Below, one piece after another: positions 1 through 14,990 of a stretch of 64,000 nucleotides of DNA. The stretch lies in assembly GCF_009914755.1 (NCBI RefSeq), contig NC_060931.1. One strand, 5' to 3'. The stretch comes from the human T2T-CHM13v2.0 reference genome, Homo sapiens. A model generated the notes under the pieces. That model was not told the origin of the DNA. It ran no database searches and saw only the letters and a list, made by a program, of their open reading frames with translations. The stretch's first letter is position 1; the number at the start of each line of letters is the position of its first letter. A program made the position numbers and the translations under genes.

Positions 1-7
1 ATTAACA

Positions 8-137
8 TTTGTCTCTCCACTAAAGCGTAAGTTTGGCAAAGGCCAAGACCATGTCTGGTTTTAGTCTTCATTGTGGGGCCCAGGGCCTAGCACATGAAAA
101 CATACTGGAAACAGTACATATTTGTTGAATGAAAGAA
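8..137 (+). mobile_element. L2 LINE 3' end fragment
   Basis: Degenerate L2 tail: ccactaaagcgtaag...cagggcctagcaca...atatttgttgaatgaaagaat. Confidence 0.6.
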
Positions 138-680
138 TTAGTTATATAAAAGGAAGAAACAGATTAATTAATTCTGTATAGACAGAGAGACAAATGAGGA
201 TTTAGAGAAAGGGTGATACTAAAGTTAAAGGGTGAGGCGGACTTGCTCAGGTAAGTCATTGTCCCATCATTCACTCACCCTTGCTACTATAGACCCCAGT
301 AGTCATAACGATAATCAGTGACAAAATGCACAATGCCTTCCTGTCCTGTATTCCCCAACTTGCTTTAAACCCCTAACAATTATAAATAAAATATATTTTT
401 AAGCTTCTTTGATATAACCACCCACAAAATCAAGATAAGCATCATTATGGACCAGAAATAGAACAGAAAATTATAGCAGTACTAGAGCCATGAACCTGGT
501 GCATTCAAAGTCCCTCAGAAAACCTGGGGGTTAACAGAGACTAAAGGTTACCCAGGCATAGCCAAGCTCACTCTGTAGAGATAGATGTTGGGGAAGGGCT
601 CCTTATCCAGAAAAGGAAGCTGCAAATCCTGTGATTGCCCAGACCTACTGCCAGTGGTGTACTGATAAATGTTTAAAAAC

Positions 681-885
681 AATGGGTACACATGAAAATA
701 CAGAGTGGAAGAACAGATATGGGAGACTCCAAAAGGTAAAAGGTAGGTCAGGGGTGAGGAATGAGAAATTACCTATTGGATACAATGTTCACTTTTCAGG
801 TGTTGGGTACACTAGAAGCCCAGATTTCACCACTACACAATATATCCATATAATAAAACAGCATTTTTACCCCCTAAATCTATTT
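681..885 (+). mobile_element. L1PB/L1MA-type 3' UTR fragment
   Basis: aatgggtacacatg...aaattacctattggatacaatg...cccagatttcaccactacacaatatatccat...cccctaaatcta. Confidence 0.8.
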
Positions 886-1043
886 TTTAATAGTTTTCTG
901 GGGTTAGGGGAGTGTATGCCTATATAAACTTATACATTTATTATAAATTTTATTAATATAAAGGATGTATAGCAATTTATAAATAATAATATATACAATA
1001 CCCTTTGTTGTAAATTCCATATAGCCAATTGATTCTCACATAA

Positions 1044-1272
<229 letters not shown>

Positions 1273-2147
1273 ACTTTTGTTGATTTTTGCTAAAGTCTTG
1301 TATGCATAGCCAACCTGTAGTTGCAACTGACAAACCACTATACTCACAACATGCATGTTGATTGATAGTCCCCCTTTACATTAATAAATAAGATAAAATA
1401 ATGAAGATGTATGTCAAAACTTGACTTACTCATCAATGATGTGAAGAACTCCTTTGAAAGTAGTTTCTTAATACGAGAAGAATATTTCCTCATTTTTGTG
1501 CTATTCACTAATGGCTTAACTCAGCACACTTTTAAATTTAATCTGAATTATTAATATGCTCTCCATCACTAACTTAAGTCTAGATGAACAAAAAAACAAT
1601 AAATCAAGCCCTGATTTATAGCATTTGCCAATTTCTTTGGGAAAATACTTCCACCATGGCCAATTGCGAAGTACCAAAATGTAACTGAACAGAGATTTGG
1701 GGGAGATGTACAGTATCACACCACTATATAGGAATTTCCACCCTAAAATACAATAGACATAAATAACTCTAACAGCATAGACAATAGTAAAGTAATTAGG
1801 AAGTGATGTCTTTAATATGTATTACCTTTGTTTTTAATATAATGTATTTAGTTATTATTTTATATAATTTAGTTTTATAATGGCTGTCTTTAACAACTCA
1901 CTTAAAATATTCCTTGAAACTTTAACAATTGACTCTTGCAAGCTAGTAAAACTTGACTCCAGCATATTACGGGCACTACCTGAATGAAGCTTCTGTGAAC
2001 TTGTCATAGCTTGAAGAAAAGTAAATGATTCTCCTGGTTGGAATGAAACAATGACATCATCATATTTCTCTATTTCTTTTAATAACACTGAAGTACTAGT
2101 ATCAATATTGGTATTTTATTGAATATGTTCACAATTTATTAAACTGA

Positions 2148-3086
2148 TTTATTTCAATAGGTTTTCTGAGGAACAAATGGTGTTTGCCTACATGAATAAG
2201 TTATTTAATGGCGATTTCTGAGATTTTGGTGCACCCATCACCCGAGCAGTGTACATTGTACCCAAAGTGTAGTCTTTTGTCCCTCACCCCCTCCCACCCT
2301 TTCGCCCTAGTCCCCAAAGTCCATTGTATCATTCTTAGGCCTTTGTGTCCTCATAGCTGAGCTCCCACTTATAAGTGAGAACATATGATGTTTGGTTTTT
2401 CATTCCTGAGTTACTTCACTTAGAATCGTGTTCTCCAATTCCATCCAGGTTGCTGCAAATGGCATTATTTCCTTCCTTTTTATGGCTGAGTAGTATACCG
2501 TCTTGTATATATACCACATTTCTTTATCCACTCATTGACTGATGGGCATTTGGGCTAGTTGCTTATTTTTGCAATTGCAAATTGTGCTGCTATAAGCATG
2601 TGTATGCAAGTATCTTTTCATATATGACTTCTTTTCCTCTGCATAGAGACCCAGGACAGGGATTGCTGGATCAAATAACTGATCTACTTTTAGTTCTTTA
2701 AGGAATCTCCACACTGTTTTCCACAGTGGTTGTACTAGTTTACATTCCGACCAGCAGTGTAGAAGTGTTCCCTTTTCACTACATCCATGACAACAACTAT
2801 TATTTTTTGATTTTTTGATTAGGGACATTCTTGCAGGAGTAAGGTGGTATCATATTGTGGTTTTGATTTGCATTTCCCTGATAATTAGTGATATTGAGCA
2901 TTTTTTCATATGTTTGTTGGCCATTTGTATATCTTCTTTTGAGAACTGTCTATTCATGTCTTTAGCCCACTTTTTCACGGGAGTTTTTTCTTGCTGATTT
3001 GTTTGAGTTCATTGTAGATTCTGAATATTAGTCCTTTGTCAGATGTACAGATTGCAAAGATTTTCTCCCACTCTGTGGGCTGTCTA
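2148..3086 (-). mobile_element. L1PB-type 3' end (ORF2 C-terminus plus 3' UTR)
   Basis: ORF 2532-2828 gives [26 protein letters not shown] (L1 ORF2 C-terminus); L1PB-style 3' UTR. Confidence 0.9.
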
Positions 3087-3291
3087 CAATTTCAATCCAT
3101 TTCAAATATTTAAAATATTTACTTTTACAAGATATCAATAAAAATGTAAGTTTATTAAATATACTTCCTATATATTCTTATTCTAATAAAAATTACTGGC
3201 ACCTAAACTAACAGAAGTAAAATATTAATCAAAAATACTGAAATACATTAAAATGACTAAAATTAAATTATATAAAATGGAGAAACATTAA

Positions 3292-3604
<313 letters not shown>

Positions 3605-3618
3605 AATATTATTCAGTT

Positions 3619-3830
3619 TTAAAAGCAAAGTGTGTCAAACATCACTAGTCGTAAATACATTTTTATAAAAATTTTTCCAGCTGTAATAAAAGCTCTTTCT
3701 GACTCAGCCCTGACCAGAAAAAAAAATGGTAAAGAGATGAGTATAAGCGATAATATTTCTAAGAATTTTTCTCTGATTCTTCTATCTTCAAAAAATGTTA
3801 TCTTTTTGTAACTTGATAAAAATATCAATA
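3619..3830 (-). mobile_element. Ancient hAT transposase C-terminal (dimerisation domain) remnant; element probably extends further
   Basis: Translation FFEDRRIREKFLE...AESERAFITAGKIFIKMYLRLVMFDTLCF resembles the hAT motif SxESERAFSxAG...KxRxRL...LDTLCF. Confidence 0.55.
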
Positions 3831-4493
3831 ACTTTGGAGAGCTCTTTTTGAAAAGTTTTTGCAGAACTACACTTTTCTTTTTGAGAAGTTTTTGCAGGAA
3901 CTAGACTTTCTTTCTTTGATAGCAAGGCATAGATTTTTATTCAAATAAAGCATTTCACATTCCACGTCATCACCTTTAGTTTCAAATTGTATAGCTGGAG
4001 ATCCCTGGACTGAGACACTGATATAATTTCAGTGCTCTCATGTTCATATCTTACTTGTTTGGAAATATTTTTAGGGTATGAATTAGTCTTGCAGAGAAAA
4101 CTTGGCTTTGTCAAACTGTCATTTTCATCTGCTTCATGAGAATTGTGAAGGTTTAGAAGAACTCATTTTCTAAAAGAATGTGCCTTTGTTCAGTTCACAT
4201 TTTTACTATTATGGCTACTAGTTAAATTTTTTTAAAAAGTGAAGGAGGTGTCCAGTAAGTTTTTCTTCTCCGCTATGAACTGAATATCTATGTCATTGAT
4301 CATGATGTCAAAATACAAAAGAGTCAGGTTTCTTCACCCCTCTGGCAACTACTAGTTCTGTTGCCTTTTTGGATTCAGTCCCCTCTAGCCCAAGCCACTC
4401 CCAAAACTACTGTTTCTGATGTTGCAGGTGGAGTCAGAACATCACTACATCCCTCCTGAGTGTAGCTACCCAAAGAGATGCTTTGGTACTCAC

Positions 4494-4683
4494 CTCTGTA
4501 CAACTCCTACTGTCAGACCAGCACTCTGAGTTTTGCAGCAATTCGGATTTATCTCCAGCCAAACCAGATATCACGTATCTGTGATTTAAATCATCTCCTC
4601 TGCCTGCCAGTGTTTAATGTCTAGTTTGTTTGATTGTCTCATTGATGGCCAAGGTGGAGCAGAAGAGAGATACAAGACATGAA
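4494..4683 (-). other. Candidate non-coding spliced exon (190 nt)
   Basis: Minus-strand acceptor cccctttttgcag| with upstream cctaac branch-like site; donor GAG|GTGAGT; stops in all three frames. Confidence 0.3.
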
Positions 4684-6480
4684 CTGCAAAAAGGGGCTGA
4701 GGGAGTTTTGGTAACAGTGTTAGGAGAGGGAAGCGGAGGCAAGAAAGGGAAGGTGAAAGGATGGGAGAGAGAGCCACAACATGTCAACAAAACTGCTGAT
4801 CAGTACATGAAATAACAGTATTCCCCAATAAGAAATATCACTTTCTCAATATTTAATGTTAGCTTAGCATACAGGTCATTTAAAAAAGAAAGAAAAAACA
4901 GTGCTAAAACACCAGTACTGACTCAGTGATTGGAGTTGTGATAACACTGACATCAGCAAAGAATAGCGGTCCCAAAACAGATAAAATAAAATATGTTCCG
5001 GGCTTAAGGCCTTGTCTGCAAAGGAGCCAGAAAAGATGAGGTGGATACAAAGAGAAAAAAATTTTAAATTAACTTTAAGAATAAGCCTGAAACCTAAAAC
5101 TCAAAAGCACAGGAAGAAAAATAACACTAAAAGAAACTCAACTAACAAATTCAACATTAGGGAGATACATTTACTCCCTACTCTTTTAAATGGCTTTAAT
5201 GTAAGTATAGTTAAGATATTCAAGGAGGGATAAAGAAATAACATTCATCAAAGTAATATGACTTTTGGGAACAAAAACAGACCAAAGTGACTCAAGAACA
5301 AATTAGAACTACTAAACTACATGTAACCTTTTCAGAATAAAATAATAAATAAATAAAACCATAGTACACTGGTAGTGGGGGAAAAGCAGATTTGAAATAC
5401 AAAAGGCAAGTAGATCATCCTCTCAATGCAGTGTGCAGTGAGTCAGTCTCATAACCTGAAAGACAAGTAGGCTACTTTAGAACATTTGAAATGAAACACA
5501 ACACAATAGTCAAGGTAAATCAAGATGGAAACAATAAAAGAATTTAATTAGAAAGTGGTTTTGAGGAATTCATCTAGAATACATATCATCTTTAAAAAGA
5601 AGCCATGAAATATGGAAGATAGGCTGAGGCACCATGATTTGTCTAAAAACACATGCAGAAGTAGAGAATAAATAGAACAATAAAAGCAATATTTCTCAAC
5701 TGAAGAAAAACCAAGCCCTCAAAATGAGCGCTCACATTGAGTACCAATCAATTAAAGAAAAACAAATCCACACCTGGATATGTTGAAGCAGTATTGCAGA
5801 ATAGCAAAGACAGAGTGAAAATTCTTAAAAGATACTAGTGAAAAGCCAGTAAGAAAAAAATAAAAGCGAAAGTCAATGAAAAGAGAGCCAACTTCCCATT
5901 AACAACAATCAATGCCAGAAAACAAAGAATGATATTTTCACATTGTTGAAGGAATAAACTGATTTCCTACAATACTCTATACAACTATCTATCATTCCAG
6001 CATGAGTGGGAATATGGAAAAAAACAAAACTGGATCTGTTCCTCACTCCATAGCTACAATAAGTCCCCAAATGATGAAAGATTTTCATGTTATAAAACAA
6101 AATTACATGAGTAATAGAAGTAACCACCGGAGAATTCCTCTGTAATCTGGAAGCAGAAAAAACTTTACCAAACATGACTCCAAATACAGAAGCAGTAAAG
6201 CAAAAAAAAAAAAAAAGGTAAATTTTATTATATACAAGCTTTTAAAATTAAATATCAAAAACTTTCATGAGCAAAATAAAAAGACAGTTGGAAAAACTGA
6301 GAAAAAATATTTGTAGTATATTACAGTTTAAGTGTTAATATCCCTAATATGTTTTCTTTACATTTTCAAATATAGAAAGGACCAAAAGCCCCTTTTTAAA
6401 AGGGTGATAAATATAGACAGATGACAGAAAAAGTATGCATAAATGGCTCAAAAGTATAGGAAAAGATGCTCAACTTTTAT

Positions 6481-6512
<32 letters not shown>

Positions 6513-6981
6513 GGCAGGTTAGAAACATGCAGGAATAGCCAGGAAAACTGAAAGAGAGAACTAGCCTAAATCGATGCTAAACATATTCTATGACTCTATA
6601 GTTAAAATAGTATGGTGTGTTGCATGACTAGACAAGTATACCAGTGGAATGGAATAGAATGCACAGAAATAGACCCAATGTATATGAATATATACCATAT
6701 GACAATGGTGGCATCCCAAATTACTGGGGTAAAGGTAAATTTTTCAGTACATTGTTCTGGAGAAATGGGATGCCATTTGGAAAAAAAATAAAATTAGATT
6801 CTTTTTTTATGCTACATACAGAAATGAAATCCTAATGTACGAGGGATACAAATATTTAAAAATGAAACTAAATACTAGAAGAAAACAAGAGTGAATTCCT
6901 CTTTAATCTTTGTGTAGGGAAAAAGATTTCTAGCTATGACTCAATAGTCAGAGGCAATAAAAGAAAATATTGATAAATTTA

Positions 6982-7503
<522 letters not shown>

Positions 7504-8911
7504 TCACAAAGAAAAGGTATAAAAATGTCCCTCAAATAAACGGAAAATACTCAAACTCGTTCACAGAGAAATGCAAATTAAAACAACACTAAAACACTGT
7601 AAGACTGACAAAAAATTAAAAATATATATGACAGTGTATTCTGACGCCAATTTATGGGGAAAGAGGCACTCTCATACATTGCTGGTGGGAACTCAGATTG
7701 ATATACAACAGTTATGGAGGGTAATTTGGCAATACCTTTTAAAAAATGCACCCATCTTTTGATCCAGCAATTCCACTTCTAAGAATCTGCCCCGAAAATA
7801 ATATCCCTTTAACTATACAAAAATATATATGCAGAGAGTTATTTATTGTTGCTTCACTTGTAAACAGAAACAACCTAAATGCACATACGTAGGAGAATGG
7901 TTGAATAACATATGTATACACAATGGAGTACTATATAGCTGTATAAAAAGAATGAAGATCTCTATTGAGCTGGTATGGAATGATAGTCAGGACATAGTGC
8001 AAAAAGCATTTCTCACCTTCAGGTGAGCAAAAATATAGAAGTTTGATAACATTGTTTGTTGGTGAGACCATAGGGAAAAGTCATAAAATAATATCTATAG
8101 CATACTATCTTTTATGTAAGAAAGGTGAGGATAAAAGAAAATGCACATGTATCTGTTCATGTATGCAAAAGAAATACAGGAAAGATAAATCTGAAACTTA
8201 AGAGACTGGTAACCTATGGAGATAAGTGAAAAATCAGTAAAAAGAAGAGGAAGAATTGGAATTGGAGTAGCAGAGATGATGACGAAGTGACACATCTTGA
8301 GGATATATATTTTGTGTGTGGCTCAGACTGTCAAAATATAGTAATGTTTTACATACCACAGAAAATTAAAAAATAAAACAACACCAGTTAGATACAGTGG
8401 TGGCGGTGGTGATGGTGGATGAGGGGGACCCAAAGGGAATACAAATGCTAACAAATCACCCTAATGTATTACAAATGGATAGCATCAATACATTGACAGT
8501 GATGGAAAATAAAAGAATAACCTACATAACTTTGAAAAATAGTATTTTAACTAGAAACTGTATAGCTAAAGACAAAAAGAAATGTACATAAATGCTGCAA
8601 TCTAGTTAATAAATATGTTTCTCACAGGGATATGATTTAGTCATTTTGAAACTATGTGCATCCCAGAATTGAATGAATATTGAAATATTTTATAGATAAG
8701 GACGGTCAAATTTCTCAGTGTTGGAAAAAGAGACTACAAATATGAAAAGGGAGTAGGCTAAAATAAACCTTGTGGCATTGAACTGAAATCAGAAATATTA
8801 GTATAAACTCATGATATGACAGACTAGACAGGTAGGTAGATTAGGTGGATATATAAATGATAGAGAGAGAAAGATGATTTCTTACTTCTTTCTTCTAAAA
8901 GAGCCTGGAAG

Positions 8912-9092
8912 TAGGGTTGCCAGATTTAGCAAATAAAAATATAAGACACCAGTTAAATTTGAATTTCAGAAAAAAAACAATTTTTAGTATAAATATGTTT
9001 CATGCACTATTTGTGACATACTAAAAAATTATCCATTAATTAGCTGAAACTTAAATGTAACTGGGGTTTTTATATTTTATCTGGCAACCTTA
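8912..9092. mobile_element. MER53 hAT MITE (palindromic)
   Basis: TIRs tagggttgccagat / atctggcaacctta; 8-bp TSD cctggaag/cctagaac. Confidence 0.85.
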
Positions 9093-9734
9093 CCTAGAAC
9101 CAATTACACTCCATTAGCAATGGTTACAACTAGCACCCAGATCTTATTTTCTAAACATCATTCTCCAATAAAAAAAATTTCATAGCTGAGACAGAAAAAT
9201 ACACAAGAACTTTCTGCAAAAGCTTGTGATATCAAAAGGCAAGGAAGTTTTCAATGAAGGGATAGAGGTTTGTTGAAAGAATCAGAAGCCAAAATGAAAA
9301 AGATGATGAAAACATTCTATCTTAATTAGGCTGTGGTCACCCTGATATACACATTTGTCCAAACTCATTGAACTGTATACTTAAATTATGTACATTTTTA
9401 GTATTTGTAAATTATAACTTAATAAACTTGGGTTTTTTAAAAAGAGAAAAGTAAATTAAAACTGCACCATCTCTCACCTTCAGGTAGAAGAAAAATCTAA
9501 CATTTGATAACATATTTTGTTGGTGAGACCATAGGGAAAAGGCACACAGAAATGACACAAAATAGTACAATCTCTAAGAAGACTTGGCAGTACCTAGAAA
9601 AATTACATATGCATTTATCCTTTCACCTAGAAATTCCTATCAAAGACTACTAAGGATAGATACAAATGATTCAAGAATCTATTCCAAATATACACTGGTG
9701 AAAATATTAAAAAAAAAAAAAAGAGCAGGCATAA

Positions 9735-10033
9735 TCCAGTTGTGGGGCCTCACATGTGTAATCCCAGCACTTTGAGAGTCCAAGACAGGTGGATTGCCTG
9801 AGCTCAGGAGTTGGAGACCAGCCTGGGTAAGATGGTGTGTAACCTGTCTCTACAAAAAAAGTACAAAAATTAGGCGGGTGTGGTGATGCATGCCTGTGGT
9901 CCCAATCACTCAGGAGGCTGAGGCAGGAGGATCGCTTGAGCCTGGAGGTAGAGGCTGCAGTGATCCAAGATTGTGCCACTGTATTCCAGCCGGAGTGACA
10001 GAGTGAGACACCATCAAAAAAAAAAAAAAAAAA
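9735..10033 (+). mobile_element. AluJ
   Basis: Diverged dimer with gaggatcgcttgagcc J diagnostics and A tail. Confidence 0.9.
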
Positions 10034-10896
10034 GTAGGCATAAAGCTATCCACTGCAGAATTAGAATTATTTGTGATATCTACAGGCTGGAAACAACTAA
10101 ATCCTCATTAATGCAGGACTAATTGAATAAACAGGATACATTTGCATAATGGAGCATAACATACATATAGAAAGAAATGGGAAATATCTACATTTACTAA
10201 CATGGAATGATCTCCAAACTACATGATTTTTAAAAAAGCAAGTTGGAGAAAAATGTCAATAGTATGCTACCACATAACTAATAAAGAGAGATACATATTT
10301 GCATATACTTTCTTTCGAATGGAAAGATTAAAAATAAAACAAAAAAGAAAATGTTCACCTATAGGGGAAGAGAAGGAACAAGCAAAAGGGGGTAAGAATA
10401 AAGCTAGGCTTCTCAGATTATATCTTGCTTTATTTATTTAATTTTGGGACCATAAAAATACTTTATGTAATTATAAAATAAAATTTTTAAAAAACAATCA
10501 CTAAAAAAAATCAAAACCAAAAATAAATTAATAAACCATATAGTGTAACAAGCTAGCAGCAAAACCACACAGTGGCATTAAGTGATCTTAAAACACAATA
10601 ATTTTGTCCTACATGTCTAGTGAAATACGGTATACACTAAAAGCTTCAAATATACTAAAAAGAGCTTCACAACAAAAATCTTAAATTATGTTCACTAATC
10701 ATACCACTGGAGGTAGTGTTGGTATTTTTATTCTGAATTTATTACAAAATAAAGCAAATAAGTAATTCTGTTGGTATGAGAACCAGAATTTTTAACAAGA
10801 ATATAAAGAGAATCAAATATAAGACTCAAGAGGTTAAGTACTCTAGGTTCTTGAATTTGAATTGAAATTAACATAAATTATGATGTATTTTATCGT

Positions 10897-11196
10897 TTCT
10901 TTTTTTTTTTTTCTGAGACAGAGTATCGCTCTGTCACCCAGATTGGAGTGCACTGACGTGATCTCAGTTCACTGCAACCACCACCTCCCGGGTTCAAGCA
11001 ATTCTCCTGCCTCAGCCTCCTGAGTAGCTGGGACTACGGGCACGCACCACCACGCCCAGCTAATTTTTATATATTTAGTAGAGACGGGGTTTCGCCATGT
11101 TGGCCAGGCTGGTCTTGAACTCCTGACCTCAGGTGATCCACCTGCCTCAGCCTCCCAAAGTGCTGGGATTACAGGTGTGAGCCACGGCGCCTGGCC
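10897..11196 (-). mobile_element. AluS (Sx-like)
   Basis: Full dimer. Confidence 0.95.
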
Positions 11197-11209
11197 ATCT
11201 TTATTTTTA

Positions 11210-11211
<2 letters not shown>

Positions 11212-11280
<69 letters not shown>
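11212..11280. repeat. Compound microsatellite (CA)n(GA)n
   Basis: Perfect CA run to 11246 followed directly by perfect GA run. Confidence 0.98.
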
Positions 11281-11281
<1 letters not shown>

Positions 11282-11285
<4 letters not shown>

Positions 11286-12583
11286 CAGCAACGATGACCA
11301 ACGATGGAGCTGAGCCCAGGTGCTGTCGCAGCCTGGTCGGGTGTGTGCACGCTCAGGACAGCACTGACACACCAGCCCCCTGCTGCATTGGCCCCCTCCA
11401 GACTTTGGACATCAAAGAGCACAGGAGGGAGGCCGAGAGGTGGCTGAAGACAGCTAGGTGCTGGCCTGCAGGTGCTCCTTGGCATGAACAGCCTGGGCAC
11501 CATGAACCACCGCAGGAGGTAGACAGGCTCCTGGGTGGAAGGGACAGGTCCCTGGTGAAGCCCCACCTTCAAGCCAGGGAGGGCCTGAAGCCAGGGGGCC
11601 AGGCTGCCGGTCCAGGAGACTGGAGTGGGAACGTGTGGTACTTTTCCCTGGACCTGCCCATGGCCACCCATGAACCAATCAGCATGCACTTCTTCCCCTC
11701 TGAGGCCCATAAGCCACCCCTCCCCACCCCATCCTCCCCGACCCCAACTCAGCCAAAGAGACGATAGAGAAGGGAAGGGATGACCAGGGGCAGAGAGGAG
11801 CTACCTCTCTGCTGAGAGCTGAAAAGACAATAGAATGACCAACTGCAGAAAGAAGCTACCCTCTTTGCTGAGAGCTGAACATTCTTCGGGACACCCTAGC
11901 TACAGAGAAGAGCTGCCCACTGCGGGTCTCCTCTGAGCTATTCTATTGCTCAATAAAGCTCCTCTTTGTCTTGTTTGTCTTCCACTTGTCTGCGTACCTC
12001 ATTCTTCCTGGATGCAGGACAAGAATTCGGGACCCACCAAATGGTGAGGCTAAAAGAGCTGTAACACAAACATGGCTGAAACATGCCCCTTGCTCGCCAT
12101 ATTGCAAGTGAAGAGAGAGAAGAGCTGCGGCCCTCCAGAGAGCCCAGACCTGGGAGTTCCCCAAGCCATTGCTGTGACTCCTCTGTAGGGCACTGCGGTT
12201 CCTGGTGTCTCCAAGCTTCCGGGCGCCACCACATTCCCTGGTGCCAGCTGAGGAAGTTGCTTGCAGTGCACCTGGTCCAGCCACAGCGTCGCAGAAAGCC
12301 CGCACCCATGTCAACACCTGCAGCTGCCTGCCCTACGGCAGCAGCTGGCATGTCTGTGTGCAGTGGCTGGACCCGACGCTTGCTCACACACCCGCCGCCA
12401 CTCCACGCCTGACTCGCAGTCTCCCTTGGAGGCGTGGGATCCAGGCCAGTAGCATGAGCCGAGTGCAGCCTGCCAGGCCAAGTGGGCAGAACAAGCCTAA
12501 CAGGCCCAAGCAAAATTCAGGCAAAGGTTCCACTGGCCACAGAGTTTTCCAGCCAGAAAAAGCGACACACCAAAGATCCCGTA
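11282..12583 (+). mobile_element. ERV1 solo LTR, MER52-like
   Basis: GC-rich; cccaccttcaagccaggga, repeated gagctaccctct..gctgagagctgaa units, AATAAA at ~11952, end aaaagcgacac..caaagatcccgta. Confidence 0.75.
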
Positions 12584-13850
12584 GATCAAGATCAAGCCTC
12601 TAAATCTAACTACTAATTTATATAAAATAAGGGGGATGCGTTTAAGAAAATCACAGGATGCAATACACAAATCCACACTGTAGAAAAATTTATGGAATAA
12701 ATTGCAATGGAAAAAGAGAGAAAGGAGAGGGAAATGTAAACTAAATTATATTTCAAGAATGAGACTTCAATTGATTGCCACACATGGGCCCCATTTGGAT
12801 ACTGATTTGAACAAATAAATTGCAAAAAAAATTAATATATGAGATTAGGAATATTTGGACACTGGATATTGGGTGACATTAAATAAATATTTAGGAGTAA
12901 AAATGGCAGTGAGATTATATTTTTTTGAAGTCTTTACCATTTTGAAACAAAGGCTGAAATGGTTACAAAAGGAATGTTATGAAATGGGTAGTATTAATAA
13001 AACGGTTGATTGTTTTGTTTTAATTGTAATCATTAAGGCTGGTAACAAGCACAAGAGAGATTATTATACTGGTCTAAAAACAGGTGTGTGTAAAATTTTT
13101 CATAATAAAAAGTTTTCTTAAGTGTGATTTAAACAGTATTTTTAGAAATTTAAAATCTAAAGAGTTCTTCAACAACATATTAGCAAAGGGAATATAACTG
13201 TGTAACTTTTGTGCCAAAGTGGTAGAATTCTCAGGAGTCCTAATAAATAAGACTGGAAGTGCAATTTATAGTTCCAAAGTAGCTCAGAAGTTTTTGGTTT
13301 TTTTTTTTTAAGAGGGGAAAGAGAAAGAATAAATGAAACTTTATCATTCTAACTAACGGTAAGGAATGGGGGAAAAGAGCAGCGGAATGTAGGAGAACAG
13401 AAAACAGACAGTAAATATTTAGCATAAAGCATAAACTGACAGAGGAATAACTAAGAGGAATTGAGAGATCAACTATAACAGTGGAAGAGATATGAAGGCT
13501 ATATGCTCTAGAGTGCACCCCCTCACCTCCCCAAATACCACACCCAAGCACATGAGCACACGCACGCATGCACACACATACACACACACACAGAGGAAGC
13601 TGTTTATTCATTTGTTAAAACATCTAACAAGAAGCCACTAAGTCCTTGATCCTGTCTAAGAACTAGTGACATAACAGTAAATGAGACAAATGTGAAGCTT
13701 ACCGCATGAAGCTTACAGTCTACTGAAAAGATGCCTAAAAGACTAAAGGCAATTCCAATACAGTGTGCGAAATGCTATAATAGAGAAAAAGTCATTTTGT
13801 CCAAAATAAATCTTGTATGTATTGTCTGCATTTCCTTTAAGAATGAGCTA

Positions 13851-14159
<309 letters not shown>

Positions 14160-14365
14160 TCAAAATATGCAGACCCCAGGAAACGCCAACACATGTTACT
14201 GAAATAATACTCACCATCACATCACACTCATTAACAAAGCTACAGTGCACCTCTAATCTCGGGAGCCCAAAACAAATTAACAGCCACACAGATGCAATGA
14301 GAATGCCCACTCCAGGCTAAAGATGGCCCAGTTTAGAACAGTTTAAGTTAATGCCAGAAAAATAC

Positions 14366-14990
14366 TGTCAGGACAGAATCAGTAAGGTCTCATCAGGAAA
14401 ACAGAAACCACCTTAAATAGTTCAAGCACAGAGTATTTACTACAAAGAGACTTTATGAAAATGATGGAAGGGCTTAAGTATCAAAAAGGTTGAGGTAAGA
14501 TGAGGTAAACCAGAGAGTAAGAACCATGGAAGCTGCTACCACCTCTTGGGCTGGAATAACAGATGGGAGAAGGAAATGCTAGAACCTGGAACACAATGAC
14601 TCTGAAGCTGCTAGAGACTGCTGTGGCCACTGAAACCTCTTTCACCCCTGCCTGCACCGCCAAAAGCCCCTGGGGTTAGTAGTTACCCTTACCCTCAGAG
14701 CTTTTACCATTCAAACCACAGGAGCCACATCTGCCACTGCTGGAACTGCCAAGGGACATTACACTTAGAGCTGTATTCTGCTGTTGGAAATGCCACCAAA
14801 GCATAGGCTACATCCCTCTTCCTGCCTTCAGTCTCCCACAGGTGCCCTCCCATTAGCCAACTCTAACTGGAAGCTACCAGGCCAAAAAGGCTAGAAAATG
14901 AAGTTTGCAGGAGTCCAGCTTACTGAGATACAGAGTAAGGCATGGAAGGGCAGGAGTGGAACTAAGCAGCAAACGGACAATGCTATACAT
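14366..14990 (-). mobile_element. Old MaLR (MLT1-type) LTR, degenerate
   Basis: caggaaaacagaaaccacc and cccattagccaactctaactggaagc segments resemble MLT1 LTRs. Confidence 0.4.

Noticed and set aside
1855-2088. ORF MLLKEIEKYDDVIVSFQPGESF as a coding exon
   Set aside because: Half of it lies in MER63, there is no good acceptor and no recognisable homology
11207-12603. Several overlapping 110-187 aa ORFs
   Set aside because: GC-rich LTR sequence with few stop codons; no recognisable domain
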